Origin: Bacteroidota bacterium
Lineage (GTDB): Bacteria > Bacteroidota > Ignavibacteria > UBA10030 > UBA8401
NCBI GenBank assembly: GCA_049317705.1
Contig: JBMOHT010000003.1
Span: 165 to 64,164, forward strand
Reading direction: 5' to 3'
Length of the DNA: 64,000 bases
Shown here: positions 10,686 through 19,901 of the stretch, piece by piece
How the letters are laid out: every line of letters starts with the position of its first letter
Numbering within the stretch: position 1 is the stretch's first letter
Translations under genes and position numbers: made by a program
The notes under the pieces: generated by a model
The model's database searches: none
The model's input: only the letters and a program-made list of their open reading frames with translations
Told to the model about the DNA's origin: nothing

Positions 10686-10914
10686 CAGCGGATCACATAT
10701 CCCATGAATATCGCTTTTGACGCGATATTCATGCCATTCACCCCAATGCCGTTAGATGTTGCTCACCTCCCAATACCCGCGAAACATACTTTTTCATCCA
10801 TAATTTAGATCAAAATGAGGGCATTCTTCGTCCAATAGGATGAATGCCGTTTTATGGTTCAGCAAAAAAATAGTATATTAAAGCATAACGAGAATATTTT
10901 CATAAAGGGAATCA

Positions 10915-13900
10915 ATGTTAAAGTTTTTCAGCAATTTATTCGGCAGCAAGAAAGAAAAAGATGTCAGTCAATTAATTCCGCTGGTGCAGGAGATCAACGA
11001 ACAATTCGCATTGTTGGGCGGATTGACCGATGATGAACTGCGGGCGAAGACCCAGGAATTCCGTCAGAGGATCGCAGACGCAGTCAAAGAAACAAAGGAT
11101 CAGATCGCGGAACATAATACGCAGTTGACCGACGAACAGGATCCGGTAAAACGCGAAGAGATCTTCAATGCCATAGAAGATCTTGAACAGGAAGAACTTG
11201 AGATCATCAAAGAGACGCTGGATGAACTTCTGCCCGAAGCGTTCGCCGTTGTGAAAGAGACCTGCCGTAGGATGTTCGGCCAGGATTTTGATGTTGTCGG
11301 CCATAAATTGAAATGGGAAATGGTTCCGTACGATGTTCAGTTGATGGGCGGTATCGTCCTGCATCAGGGGAAGATCTCCGAAATGGCTACCGGAGAAGGA
11401 AAGACCCTCGTCGCTGTTGCCCCGATGTACCTGAATGCACTCGCCGGAAGAGGTGTCCACCTCGTTACAGTGAACGATTATCTTGCACGCCGTGACAGTG
11501 AGTGGATGGGTAAAGTATTCCAGTTCCACGGCATGTCGGTCGGCTGCATTGTCACGAATCAGAATCCGTTCCTTCGTCGGGAACAGTATAACTGCGACAT
11601 CACATACGGAACGAACAATGAGTTCGGATTCGACTATCTCCGCGACAACATGGTGCATACTCCTGATGAGATGGTGCAGCGCGGTCACTATTATGCGATC
11701 GTGGACGAAGTGGACTCCGTGCTGATCGATGAAGCACGTACTCCGTTGATCATCAGCGGTCCTGTAGAAGTTGATGATCATAAATACAATGAGATGAAAC
11801 CGCGTGTTGAACGTATCGTCAGCACACAGAAGAATCTTGTCGCCAAGATCATTGCCGAAGCGGATAAACTGCTGAATGACGGTAAGACGGAAGAAGCGGG
11901 TGTTCTCTTATTCCGTGCATACCGCGGTGATCCGAAGAACAATAAGTTGACAAAGATGTTCTCCGAAGGTGCACCGAAGAAGCTCATGCTCGAGACCGAA
12001 TCCGTCTATATCGCGGAACAGAATAAACGGCTTCATGAGATCGACGATGAACTGTACTATTCCATTGATGAACGGAATCATTCCATCGATCTGACCGAAA
12101 AAGGACGCGAATTCATGGCGGCCGGCACAGATAAGGATATGTTCCTTCTTCCCGATGTCGGAACGGAAATGAGCATCATCGAGAATGATGCCGCTATGAG
12201 CCATGAAGAGAAACAACTGAAGAAGGACGATGTCAACAAAGTGTACGCTGAACGCTCCGATCGCGTCCATACCGTTCGTCAGCTGCTGCGCGCATATTCA
12301 TTGTATGATAAAGATGTGGAATATGTGGTAACGGACGACGGAAAAGTGCAGATCGTCGATGAGTTCACCGGACGTATCCTGCATGGCAGACGGTACAGCG
12401 ACGGACTGCATCAGGCCATCGAAGCGAAAGAAGGAGTGCATGTAGAACGCGATACACAGACAATGGCGACCGTTACGCTGCAGAATTATTTCCGTCTCTA
12501 CAAGAAACTGGCAGGCATGACCGGAACCGCAGAGACCGAAGCTGCTGAATTCTTTGATATCTACAAGTTGGACGTCGTCATCATCCCGACCAATAAGGAT
12601 ATTGTCCGTGACGATCTGAACGATGTTGTCTATCGGACCAAACGCGAGAAGTATAATGCACTTATCACTCAGATCAAGGAACTGCGCGATAAGAAACAGC
12701 CGGTGCTTGTCGGAACAACGAGTGTTGAGGTCTCAGAGACCCTCAGCAGAATGATGACACGCGAGAAGATCCCGCATAATGTACTGAATGCGAAACAACA
12801 TCAGCGCGAAGCAGAGATCGTCACCAATGCAGGTCTTCCGGGAGCGGTTACCATTGCAACGAACATGGCGGGCCGCGGAACCGATATCAAACTCGGACCG
12901 GGTGTACGCGAAGTGGGCGGTCTTTCCATTATCGGTACCGAACGGCACGAAGCACGTCGTATCGACCGTCAGCTGCGCGGACGTGCTGGTCGTCAGGGTG
13001 ATCCGGGTATGACAAAATTCTTCCTATCACTTGAGGATGATCTGATGCGTCTTTTCGGCAGCGACAGGATCGCTTCTGTTATGACGAAGATGGGAGCAGA
13101 AGAAGGTGAAGTGATCGAACATTCCATGATCACCCGCATGATCGAACGTGCACAAAAGAAAGTGGAAGAGAACAACTTCGGTATTCGTAAACGTTTACTG
13201 GAATATGACAACGTGATGAACCAGCAGCGTGAAGTGATCTACTCCAAACGCCGACATGCATTGCTGGGTGAACATCTTGAGGATGATATCCGGCAGATGC
13301 TTGAGGATTATGCTTCGGATGTTGTTGAACGGCATTACGATGCCGGAACGCTGGACGAGATGCGTGATGAACTCAGGACGAATCTGCTCATCGATGTGCA
13401 GATGACACCGTCCGAATTTCAGACTGCCGGTGTTTCCGGTGTGACTGAACGGGTGATGCAGACCGCCGATGAATTCCTGAAAAGGAAGCGCGAATCGGTC
13501 GGCAACGATGCTATGAATTTCATCCAAAAGATCTCATTGCTTCAGGTGATCGATGCCCGGTGGAAAGAACACTTGCGCGAGATGGATGATCTGAAAGAAG
13601 GTATCTATCTGCGCGCCTACGGTCAAAAGGATCCGATCCTGGAATATAAATCCGAAGCATATAAGATGTTCGTTGAACTGCTCGGAATGGTCAACCGCGA
13701 AGCTTTGAATATGGTCTTCAAACTCTTCCCGGAGAATCAGCAGCAGATCGAAGCACAAAAGCAGCGCCGTGCATTCAATACGGATCGGATGACCCTAACC
13801 CATACTGCATCGACCGGAATGGGTCTGCAGGGAAATGTTGAAAGCGAAGAATCGGATCCCCAGCAGCCGCAGCAACAACAGCAGGTCCCAAAGGTTCAGC

Positions 13901-13992
13901 AGATCATTTCCGGTGATAAAGTGGGAAGAAATGATCCCTGTCCATGCGGAAGCGGGAAAAAATACAAGAATTGCCATGGTAAAGGTGCTTAA
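10915..13992 (+). CDS. secA: Preprotein translocase ATPase SecA
   Basis: DEAD-motor motifs (GEGKT, DEVDSVLIDEARTPLIISG, TNMAGRGTDI), C-terminal CPCGSGKKYKNCHG zinc-finger; 1025 aa. Confidence 0.95.
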   Translation: MLKFFSNLFGSKKEKDVSQLIPLVQEINEQFALLGGLTDDELRAKTQEFRQRIADAVKETKDQIAEHNTQLTDEQDPVKREEIFNAIEDLEQEELEIIKETLDELLPEAFAVVKETCRRMFGQDFDVVGHKLKWEMVPYDVQLMGGIVLHQGKISEMATGEGKTLVAVAPMYLNALAGRGVHLVTVNDYLARRDSEWMGKVFQFHGMSVGCIVTNQNPFLRREQYNCDITYGTNNEFGFDYLRDNMVHTPDEMVQRGHYYAIVDEVDSVLIDEARTPLIISGPVEVDDHKYNEMKPRVERIVSTQKNLVAKIIAEADKLLNDGKTEEAGVLLFRAYRGDPKNNKLTKMFSEGAPKKLMLETESVYIAEQNKRLHEIDDELYYSIDERNHSIDLTEKGREFMAAGTDKDMFLLPDVGTEMSIIENDAAMSHEEKQLKKDDVNKVYAERSDRVHTVRQLLRAYSLYDKDVEYVVTDDGKVQIVDEFTGRILHGRRYSDGLHQAIEAKEGVHVERDTQTMATVTLQNYFRLYKKLAGMTGTAETEAAEFFDIYKLDVVIIPTNKDIVRDDLNDVVYRTKREKYNALITQIKELRDKKQPVLVGTTSVEVSETLSRMMTREKIPHNVLNAKQHQREAEIVTNAGLPGAVTIATNMAGRGTDIKLGPGVREVGGLSIIGTERHEARRIDRQLRGRAGRQGDPGMTKFFLSLEDDLMRLFGSDRIASVMTKMGAEEGEVIEHSMITRMIERAQKKVEENNFGIRKRLLEYDNVMNQQREVIYSKRRHALLGEHLEDDIRQMLEDYASDVVERHYDAGTLDEMRDELRTNLLIDVQMTPSEFQTAGVSGVTERVMQTADEFLKRKRESVGNDAMNFIQKISLLQVIDARWKEHLREMDDLKEGIYLRAYGQKDPILEYKSEAYKMFVELLGMVNREALNMVFKLFPENQQQIEAQKQRRAFNTDRMTLTHTASTGMGLQGNVESEESDPQQPQQQQQVPKVQQIISGDKVGRNDPCPCGSGKKYKNCHGKGA

Positions 13993-14308
13993 CAATTACT
14001 ATTAAACTCTAATAGTTCTATTCTTGATTGTTTTCAATGCATATAGTACCTTGATTTGTTCACAAATGTTTACACTTCTGCGTTTGATATCTGGATTTAT
14101 CGCAGAAAACTAAGATTGTAATAACTAATCGGTATTATTTCCTCTGCTCCAAGTAAAATTTACCGATATTGAATCACGACACAGCAAATTAGGTCATTTT
14201 CTCATTACATTTTTTGGCATGATTGATGTAATAGTAATGATACCCGATAGAAAAGTTGCACTAATAAACTAACCAACACACATAACAACCATTTAAGGAG
14301 TAATTACT

Positions 14309-14719
14309 ATGGGACAACAACAGTTGCTTTTGATCATCCTCGGCGTTATCATTGTCGGTATCGCAGTAGCAGTCGGAATCACAATGTTTCAGGATAATGC
14401 TGTAAGCGCAAACCGCGACGCAGTGACGAATGACCTTGTTCAGCTTGCTGCAAAAGCTCAGCAGTACTATCGCAAACCGACATCGCTCGGCGGCGGCGGT
14501 AATTCATTCATCACATTAACAGCTGCTGCTGGTATGGATCTGTTGGTTTCAACAGCATTCTCCAACAACGATAACGGCACATACACAATCCCTGCAAATG
14601 CTTCAGCTACAACAGTTATTTTCCAGGGCGTTGGCAAAACTGATATCGGCGGAGGATCCTTCCCGACCTATACCTGCACAGTTACAGCTGCAGGTTATGT
14701 CATTGCAAAGACAAACTAA
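14309..14719 (+). CDS. Pilin-like protein 1 (putative major filament subunit, non-canonical N-terminus)
   Basis: 136 aa; Met-Gly then ~25-residue hydrophobic helix, then variable beta-rich region with GGGG stretch; strong AAGGAG RBS; sits directly upstream of pilC/pilB-like genes. Confidence 0.5.
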   Translation: MGQQQLLLIILGVIIVGIAVAVGITMFQDNAVSANRDAVTNDLVQLAAKAQQYYRKPTSLGGGGNSFITLTAAAGMDLLVSTAFSNNDNGTYTIPANASATTVIFQGVGKTDIGGGSFPTYTCTVTAAGYVIAKTN

Positions 14720-14785
14720 TGATCAAAGCCCAGACGGGATTGTCTCCCGTCTAGGCTTCTAAATTTATAATTTGGAATTCTTTCA

Positions 14786-15199
14786 ATGGGGCAGCAACAG
14801 TTATTACTTATCATTCTGGGTGTTATGATCGTCGGTGTTGCCATTGCCGTCGGAATAACAATGTTCAGGGATAATGCTGTTAGCTCAAATAGAGATGCTA
14901 TTGCTAACGATCTGATGCATCTTGCTGCGAAAGCAAAACATTACTACAAACGTCCTACATCGATGGGCGGCGGCGGACATTCATTTGTTGGCTTGACTGC
15001 GAATCCTGCAGGATTGTTGATCCTGGTTACTCCGGCATTCTCCAATAATAATAATGCAGCCTATTCGATCAAGACTGCAGGTGATGCAACAAGTGTTGAG
15101 TTCAGAGCGGTCGGTAAAGCTCCATTGGATGACGGAACATTCCCAATCATCGATTGTTTTGTGACTCAGGGGGCCCAGCAGATCACGATCGTTCATTGA
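14786..15199 (+). CDS. Pilin-like protein 2 (paralog of pilin-like 1)
   Basis: 137 aa; first ~60 residues near-identical to upstream paralog, C-terminal half divergent; followed by strong terminator. Confidence 0.5.
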   Translation: MGQQQLLLIILGVMIVGVAIAVGITMFRDNAVSSNRDAIANDLMHLAAKAKHYYKRPTSMGGGGHSFVGLTANPAGLLILVTPAFSNNNNAAYSIKTAGDATSVEFRAVGKAPLDDGTFPIIDCFVTQGAQQITIVH

Positions 15200-15222
15200 T
15201 CGACCACCGTTTGAGGAACACA

Positions 15223-15262
15223 AAAGCAGAAATCATGCACTGATTTCTGCTTTCGTGTTTTA
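15223..15262 (+). terminator. Rho-independent terminator after tandem pilin-like genes
   Basis: AAAGCAGAAATCA-TGCAC-TGATTTCTGCTTT then CGTGTTTT. Confidence 0.6.
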
Positions 15263-15342
15263 AACCCTGTTCCATCCTGTTTGCTCAGTTGATTTTGAGT
15301 AGTGGTGATTGTATCTTTACATCTACAAGAGGAAAAATATCT

Positions 15343-16710
15343 ATGCCAGAATTTCGAGTTGATGGAGTATCGCTCAGCGGTAAACCGGTTCAAGGGATCA
15401 TTAATGCCGATTCGATGAAACTTGCCAAAGAACGTGCGTCCCAAATGGCCAGGGAACGAAAGTTCAAGATCAGCGGGGTTCATGCAAGGGATAATTTCCT
15501 GTATCGGGTAAAAAAAGGGAATGAAAAACCGATCGATGGCGAGCAAAAGGCATTTACAAAGCAGGAAGTGATCGATGCACTGTCGAAGATGGGATACACT
15601 ATCATCTACGTTCGGAAGCAGTTCTTTTCTGGTGGAGGCAAGGTCCCGGAAATTGAAGTAGTATCATTCGTCCGAGTGAGTGCCGACTTGATACGGCAGA
15701 AACTGCCGTTCAACGACATGATGGCGATGCTGATCAATGATATCCAGAATAAGCCTCTTCGTGAAGCGATCCGCGATATCAATCAGGATCTGAAGCAGGG
15801 AAAGGACAGTGAGCGTGCGTTCCAAAAACATGAAAAAGAACTCGGGAAATTCGCGGCACATATGCTTGGTTTGGCATCAAAGAGCGGTAATATGGGTGAG
15901 ATCTTTGAGAGCACAGCGAAATTCCTTGAGCGTAATGCACAGTTCAAGAAGGATCTGAAAAGTGCTTTGATCATGCCTGTTGTTACGTTGGTGATCCTGT
16001 TCGGTGCTGTCGGTTATTACGTCGCATATATCTTCCCCGAAACAGCCAGCCTGTTCCAGAAATTCAAGATCGAACTTCCTCCGATGACCAAAGCAACACT
16101 GAAATTGAGTGACTTCATTACATCAAATATCATTTGGCTGATGATGATTGTCATTATTCCTTCGATCGCGTTTGCCCGGTTCGCAGCCACCGATCGTGGA
16201 CGATTTCTCATTGATAAGTATACGTGGAAGGTACCCGCAATCGGTGACCTGATCCATAAGATGAGTATTGAGATCTTTTGCCGAGTGTTCTATGCATTGT
16301 ATTCCGGCTCCGGTGAGAATATCGAAGTGATCAAAATGGCGTCGGAAGCATGCGGTAATAAATATATGGAACATCAGATCAAGTCCATCGCACTGCCGAT
16401 GATGGTCGAGAAGGGAGCCGGGATCACCGAAGCCTTTGAAGCAAGCGGGGTCTTTACTAAAACAGCGTTGTCACGGTTCCATTCCGGAGCTGAGACCGGT
16501 ACCGTAAAGAATACAGCATTGCAATTGGCTGAGTATTATGAAAAAGAGACCGGATATCGGATGCGCAACGCGATCGATCTGATACAGTTGGTGATCTCCA
16601 TGATCATCATGGTCGTACTGACCGGGCTGACTCTCGTGTCGTCGGAGACAGCAACGATCAAACCGAAGCCTCCCGGAGGCTGGCTGACATTCTTCAGTTT
16701 TTATTTCTAG
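15343..16710 (+). CDS. pilC: Type IV pilus/T2SS inner-membrane platform protein (PilC/GspF family)
   Basis: Two T2SSF-type repeats with 3+ TM segments; start set to MPEFRVDG (AGAGGA RBS) not the upstream in-frame Met at 15289. Confidence 0.75.
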   Translation: MPEFRVDGVSLSGKPVQGIINADSMKLAKERASQMARERKFKISGVHARDNFLYRVKKGNEKPIDGEQKAFTKQEVIDALSKMGYTIIYVRKQFFSGGGKVPEIEVVSFVRVSADLIRQKLPFNDMMAMLINDIQNKPLREAIRDINQDLKQGKDSERAFQKHEKELGKFAAHMLGLASKSGNMGEIFESTAKFLERNAQFKKDLKSALIMPVVTLVILFGAVGYYVAYIFPETASLFQKFKIELPPMTKATLKLSDFITSNIIWLMMIVIIPSIAFARFAATDRGRFLIDKYTWKVPAIGDLIHKMSIEIFCRVFYALYSGSGENIEVIKMASEACGNKYMEHQIKSIALPMMVEKGAGITEAFEASGVFTKTALSRFHSGAETGTVKNTALQLAEYYEKETGYRMRNAIDLIQLVISMIIMVVLTGLTLVSSETATIKPKPPGGWLTFFSFYF

Positions 16711-16731
16711 TTGTCCTTTAAAGGATAAACC

Positions 16732-18519
16732 ATGGCAGATATAGATATCACGGATAAGATAGGATATACGCTTCTCAAAAAGGGGATCATCGATTATGAG
16801 ACCCTCGAAAAGTCCTTGCGTATCAAAGAATCCGAAGCGACCAAAAAAGAACGCCGGAATCTCGGACAGATCCTTGTGTCTGAATTCAGTGCGGATCATG
16901 ATGCTGTATTCCGTGAAGTGGCGAACCTCTATGCGTTTCGCGAGATCTATATCGCTGACGAGAATATCGAAAAAGGCAGGATCGAATTCATCCGGAAACT
17001 GATCGATGGTCTTCCGGAAGGGAATCGTGAGATGCTCATTCAGACGAAGATGCTGCCGCTCAAATTCGACGAGAAGCAGCCGGACAAACTGATCATTATC
17101 TCGGCTGATCCGACGGACAGGAACATTCCGCTGATCTCCCGAAATTTCAACGTAAAAAAATATGAGGTCACGTACTGCCGGTTGAAGGACCTGCAGAGTC
17201 TCATTGAACAAGTGATCCCGCCGCAGAACGAATTCCTGAAACTGCTTGAGGATAACCACATCAGTGTTGAGACCGGCGATGAAGAAGCGAATGTCGATGA
17301 AGATGAACTGAATGCCGAGATCAACAAGAGCGCATTGGCAAATCTGTTTGAAGGTGCTCTTGTCGAAGCGGTGCGGTCCGGAGTGAGCGACGTTCATATT
17401 GTTGCTGCAGAAGGAAAGAGAACGAATATCCTGTTCCGTGTTGACGGTAATTTGAAACTCTGGCACTGCCAGGAAGGTACTATGCCGGAAGCGGTAATGG
17501 CGGTGGTGAAAGACCGGACGAAGAATGTGGACAGATTCGAACGCGAAATGTCGCAGGACGGATTCATTCAGCGCGTTGTCGATGGTCACCAGCTCCGTTT
17601 TCGTGTCTCGATCATGCCGATCGTTACAACGGAATTCAAGAACAAATTCGAATCGGTCGTTATCCGCGTGTTGGATGACCGGAAAGTGATCACCGATCTG
17701 AACAAGCTCGGTCTTCAAGGACCGGCGAGAGGCTTCTTCTACAAAGCCATCGAAAAACCGCAAGGGATCATTATTCTGACAGGTCCGACCGGATCCGGAA
17801 AATCTACGACACTGATTGCTGCGCTCTATCAAGTGATCGACCCCACAGTGAATGTATTGACGATCGAAGAGCCTGTGGAATATATCATTAAAGGTGCCCG
17901 TCAGTTGAAGATCGGACCGAAGATGACCTTTGAACAATCCATCCGCGGTATTCTCCGTCATGATCCGGACATCGTGCTCGTCGGTGAAATGCGCGATAAG
18001 ATCACCGCCGAGACCGCCATTAAACTTGCGAATACCGGTCACTTGGTCTTTTCTACACTGCATACGAACGATGCACCCAGTGCTGTTGCCCGTTTGTATA
18101 AGATGGGTATCGAGCCATTCCTTATCGCCTATGCCATCAACATTATCGTCGCCCAGCGTCTTATCCGTACATTGTGCAAGATATGCAAATCGCCGATCGA
18201 CGAAAATGAAAAACCCGATCTGCTGAAGTTTGGATTCAGCGAAGAGGATGTGAAAAATCATACCTTTTACAAGGCGGTGGGATGCGATAAGTGCAACGGC
18301 GGATACAAAGGACGTGCTGCTATCCACGAAGCGCTGTATTTTACGAAAGCGATCAAGGATATCGTATTGAATGCCGGTGATAAAGTTGATGAGAATGCCA
18401 TCCGTGATCAGGCTTCGAAGGACGGAATGTGGACGCTGCGCCGCTCAGGCATGGAACGTATGAAGGAGGGATCCACATCTCTGGAAGAGGTCATTTCTTC
18501 GACCGTTGAAGATGAGTAG
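16732..18519 (+). CDS. pilB: Type IV pilus assembly / T2SS ATPase (PilB/GspE family)
   Basis: N-terminal GSPII_E-N-like domain, Walker A GPTGSGKSTT, Asp/His boxes, tetracysteine CKIC...CDKC zinc motif; 595 aa. Confidence 0.9.
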   Translation: MADIDITDKIGYTLLKKGIIDYETLEKSLRIKESEATKKERRNLGQILVSEFSADHDAVFREVANLYAFREIYIADENIEKGRIEFIRKLIDGLPEGNREMLIQTKMLPLKFDEKQPDKLIIISADPTDRNIPLISRNFNVKKYEVTYCRLKDLQSLIEQVIPPQNEFLKLLEDNHISVETGDEEANVDEDELNAEINKSALANLFEGALVEAVRSGVSDVHIVAAEGKRTNILFRVDGNLKLWHCQEGTMPEAVMAVVKDRTKNVDRFEREMSQDGFIQRVVDGHQLRFRVSIMPIVTTEFKNKFESVVIRVLDDRKVITDLNKLGLQGPARGFFYKAIEKPQGIIILTGPTGSGKSTTLIAALYQVIDPTVNVLTIEEPVEYIIKGARQLKIGPKMTFEQSIRGILRHDPDIVLVGEMRDKITAETAIKLANTGHLVFSTLHTNDAPSAVARLYKMGIEPFLIAYAINIIVAQRLIRTLCKICKSPIDENEKPDLLKFGFSEEDVKNHTFYKAVGCDKCNGGYKGRAAIHEALYFTKAIKDIVLNAGDKVDENAIRDQASKDGMWTLRRSGMERMKEGSTSLEEVISSTVEDE

Positions 18520-18688
18520 GGAACATTGAAGAATATTCAGTTCCTATCACGGAATAGTTCCTCTAATTTTCTAATTTTTGAGTGATATGATTCGGTATGG
18601 ATATTGAATATATTTGTATCGCATTGTTCTGCGACACATGCGCATTGTCTTCATGACAGTATCTTTGCAATAATTACACAGCAGTATT

Positions 18689-19216
18689 ATGGGATTAGGT
18701 CAGACATTATTGACGATCATGGGTTTGATCCTGATGGGGAGGTTGATTCTTTCCATCAACAGGACCACTTTGGATACCGGGTTCACCAAGGATATGGCGG
18801 AGTACCGCATCACCGGGACATCATTAGGTACTTCAATGCTCGAAAAAGCAAGTAATCTTGCCTTCGATGAAAAGAGTGTCGACGCCGCGATACTTGTTGT
18901 TAGCGGTTTCACGGTGAATGGATCATTAGGAAAAGATGCCGGTGAAACAACGGAAATCACCTTTGATGATATTGATGATTATCATAATTACGTATCCGTC
19001 GATACACTCTCTACTTCTGCAACATTCAAGTCCCGCGTTACGGTCCAATATATCTCTGTTGCCGCCAATGTGATCTCGGTTTCGGCAACACAACAATATG
19101 CCAAGATGCTGACTGTTGATGTGACGAGCGATTATCTTATTGATTACTCGGTCTCACCGCCTCGTCCGGATACACTGCGGTTCAAAGAAATTTTCAGTTA
19201 TTGGTATTTTCGTTGA
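18689..19216 (+). CDS. Minor pilin-like protein (N-terminal hydrophobic helix)
   Basis: 175 aa, MG + hydrophobic N-terminal helix, position within pilus cluster; no homology recognised. Confidence 0.35.
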   Translation: MGLGQTLLTIMGLILMGRLILSINRTTLDTGFTKDMAEYRITGTSLGTSMLEKASNLAFDEKSVDAAILVVSGFTVNGSLGKDAGETTEITFDDIDDYHNYVSVDTLSTSATFKSRVTVQYISVAANVISVSATQQYAKMLTVDVTSDYLIDYSVSPPRPDTLRFKEIFSYWYFR

Positions 19217-19236
19217 GGGACGTGTAAAGGAGTTCT

Positions 19237-19884
19237 ATGGGCTCGCAAACAATCTTAGATCTGATCGCTTCAACGATGGTATTCAGTTCATTACTGTTGA
19301 TGGCAATGCGGTTGAATGCATCGGTCTCATCGAATCTTTTTGCCTACAAAGGTGACCTCATCGTTCAGCAGAATCTTGTTGAGATCGTGAAACTTCTGGA
19401 ATATGATTTCCGGAAGATCGGCTACTGTAAAGATCCTTCAAAGATCCCCGATCCCACCAAAGCCATTCGATACGCTGATTCCATACGCATAAAATTCTAT
19501 ACGGACCTTGCGTCTTCCGCGAATCCATACGGCGATGGAATTGTCGATTCATTGGATTATTATATGGGTTCATTTGCGTCAGGAACTCCTAATCCATTAG
19601 ATCGATTGATATTTCGTGTTGAGAATAATGCAACACCTATTGGTGTTGATCTTGGAGTGACCACATTCAATTTGAAGTATTACGACGCAAATAAAGTCGA
19701 GTTGACCTATCCGATCACTAATTACGGCGCAATTGCAACACTGCAGATCACGATCCAATGTCAGAATCTGGCTGCAGTGAGCGTCTCTCAATATGCCGGT
19801 AGATTTGATTCATTGTCACTCGGATATCAATCAGCATATTGGCGGCAGGTTCGGTTGGTCGCTCGTAATTTGAGGAATCGTTAG
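19237..19884 (+). CDS. Minor pilin/pseudopilin-like protein
   Basis: 215 aa, MGSQTILDLIASTMVF... N-terminus (acidic residue Asp at +5 if cleaved after Ser3; +6 if after Gly2), AAGGAG RBS. Confidence 0.4.
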   Translation: MGSQTILDLIASTMVFSSLLLMAMRLNASVSSNLFAYKGDLIVQQNLVEIVKLLEYDFRKIGYCKDPSKIPDPTKAIRYADSIRIKFYTDLASSANPYGDGIVDSLDYYMGSFASGTPNPLDRLIFRVENNATPIGVDLGVTTFNLKYYDANKVELTYPITNYGAIATLQITIQCQNLAAVSVSQYAGRFDSLSLGYQSAYWRQVRLVARNLRNR

Positions 19885-19901
19885 GACGGAAAGGAGAACG
19901 A

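Noticed and set aside
10972-11781. 269-aa antisense ORF inside secA
   Set aside because: Opposite strand of an unambiguous secA; shadow ORF.
14732-14752. Intergenic hairpin between pilin paralogs as a full intrinsic terminator
   Set aside because: The stem is good (8 bp) but the downstream tract (AGGCTTCTAAATTTATAATTT) is not a clean U-run. It is retained only as a possible partial terminator or stability element within the pilin finding.
16471-18327. 618-aa ORF on the minus strand spanning the pilC 3' end and most of pilB
   Set aside because: It is fully antisense to two genes with strong, motif-level family signatures (GspF, GspE). It has no RBS or domain features and a low-complexity His/Arg/Asp-rich composition typical of shadow ORFs in codon-biased sequence.
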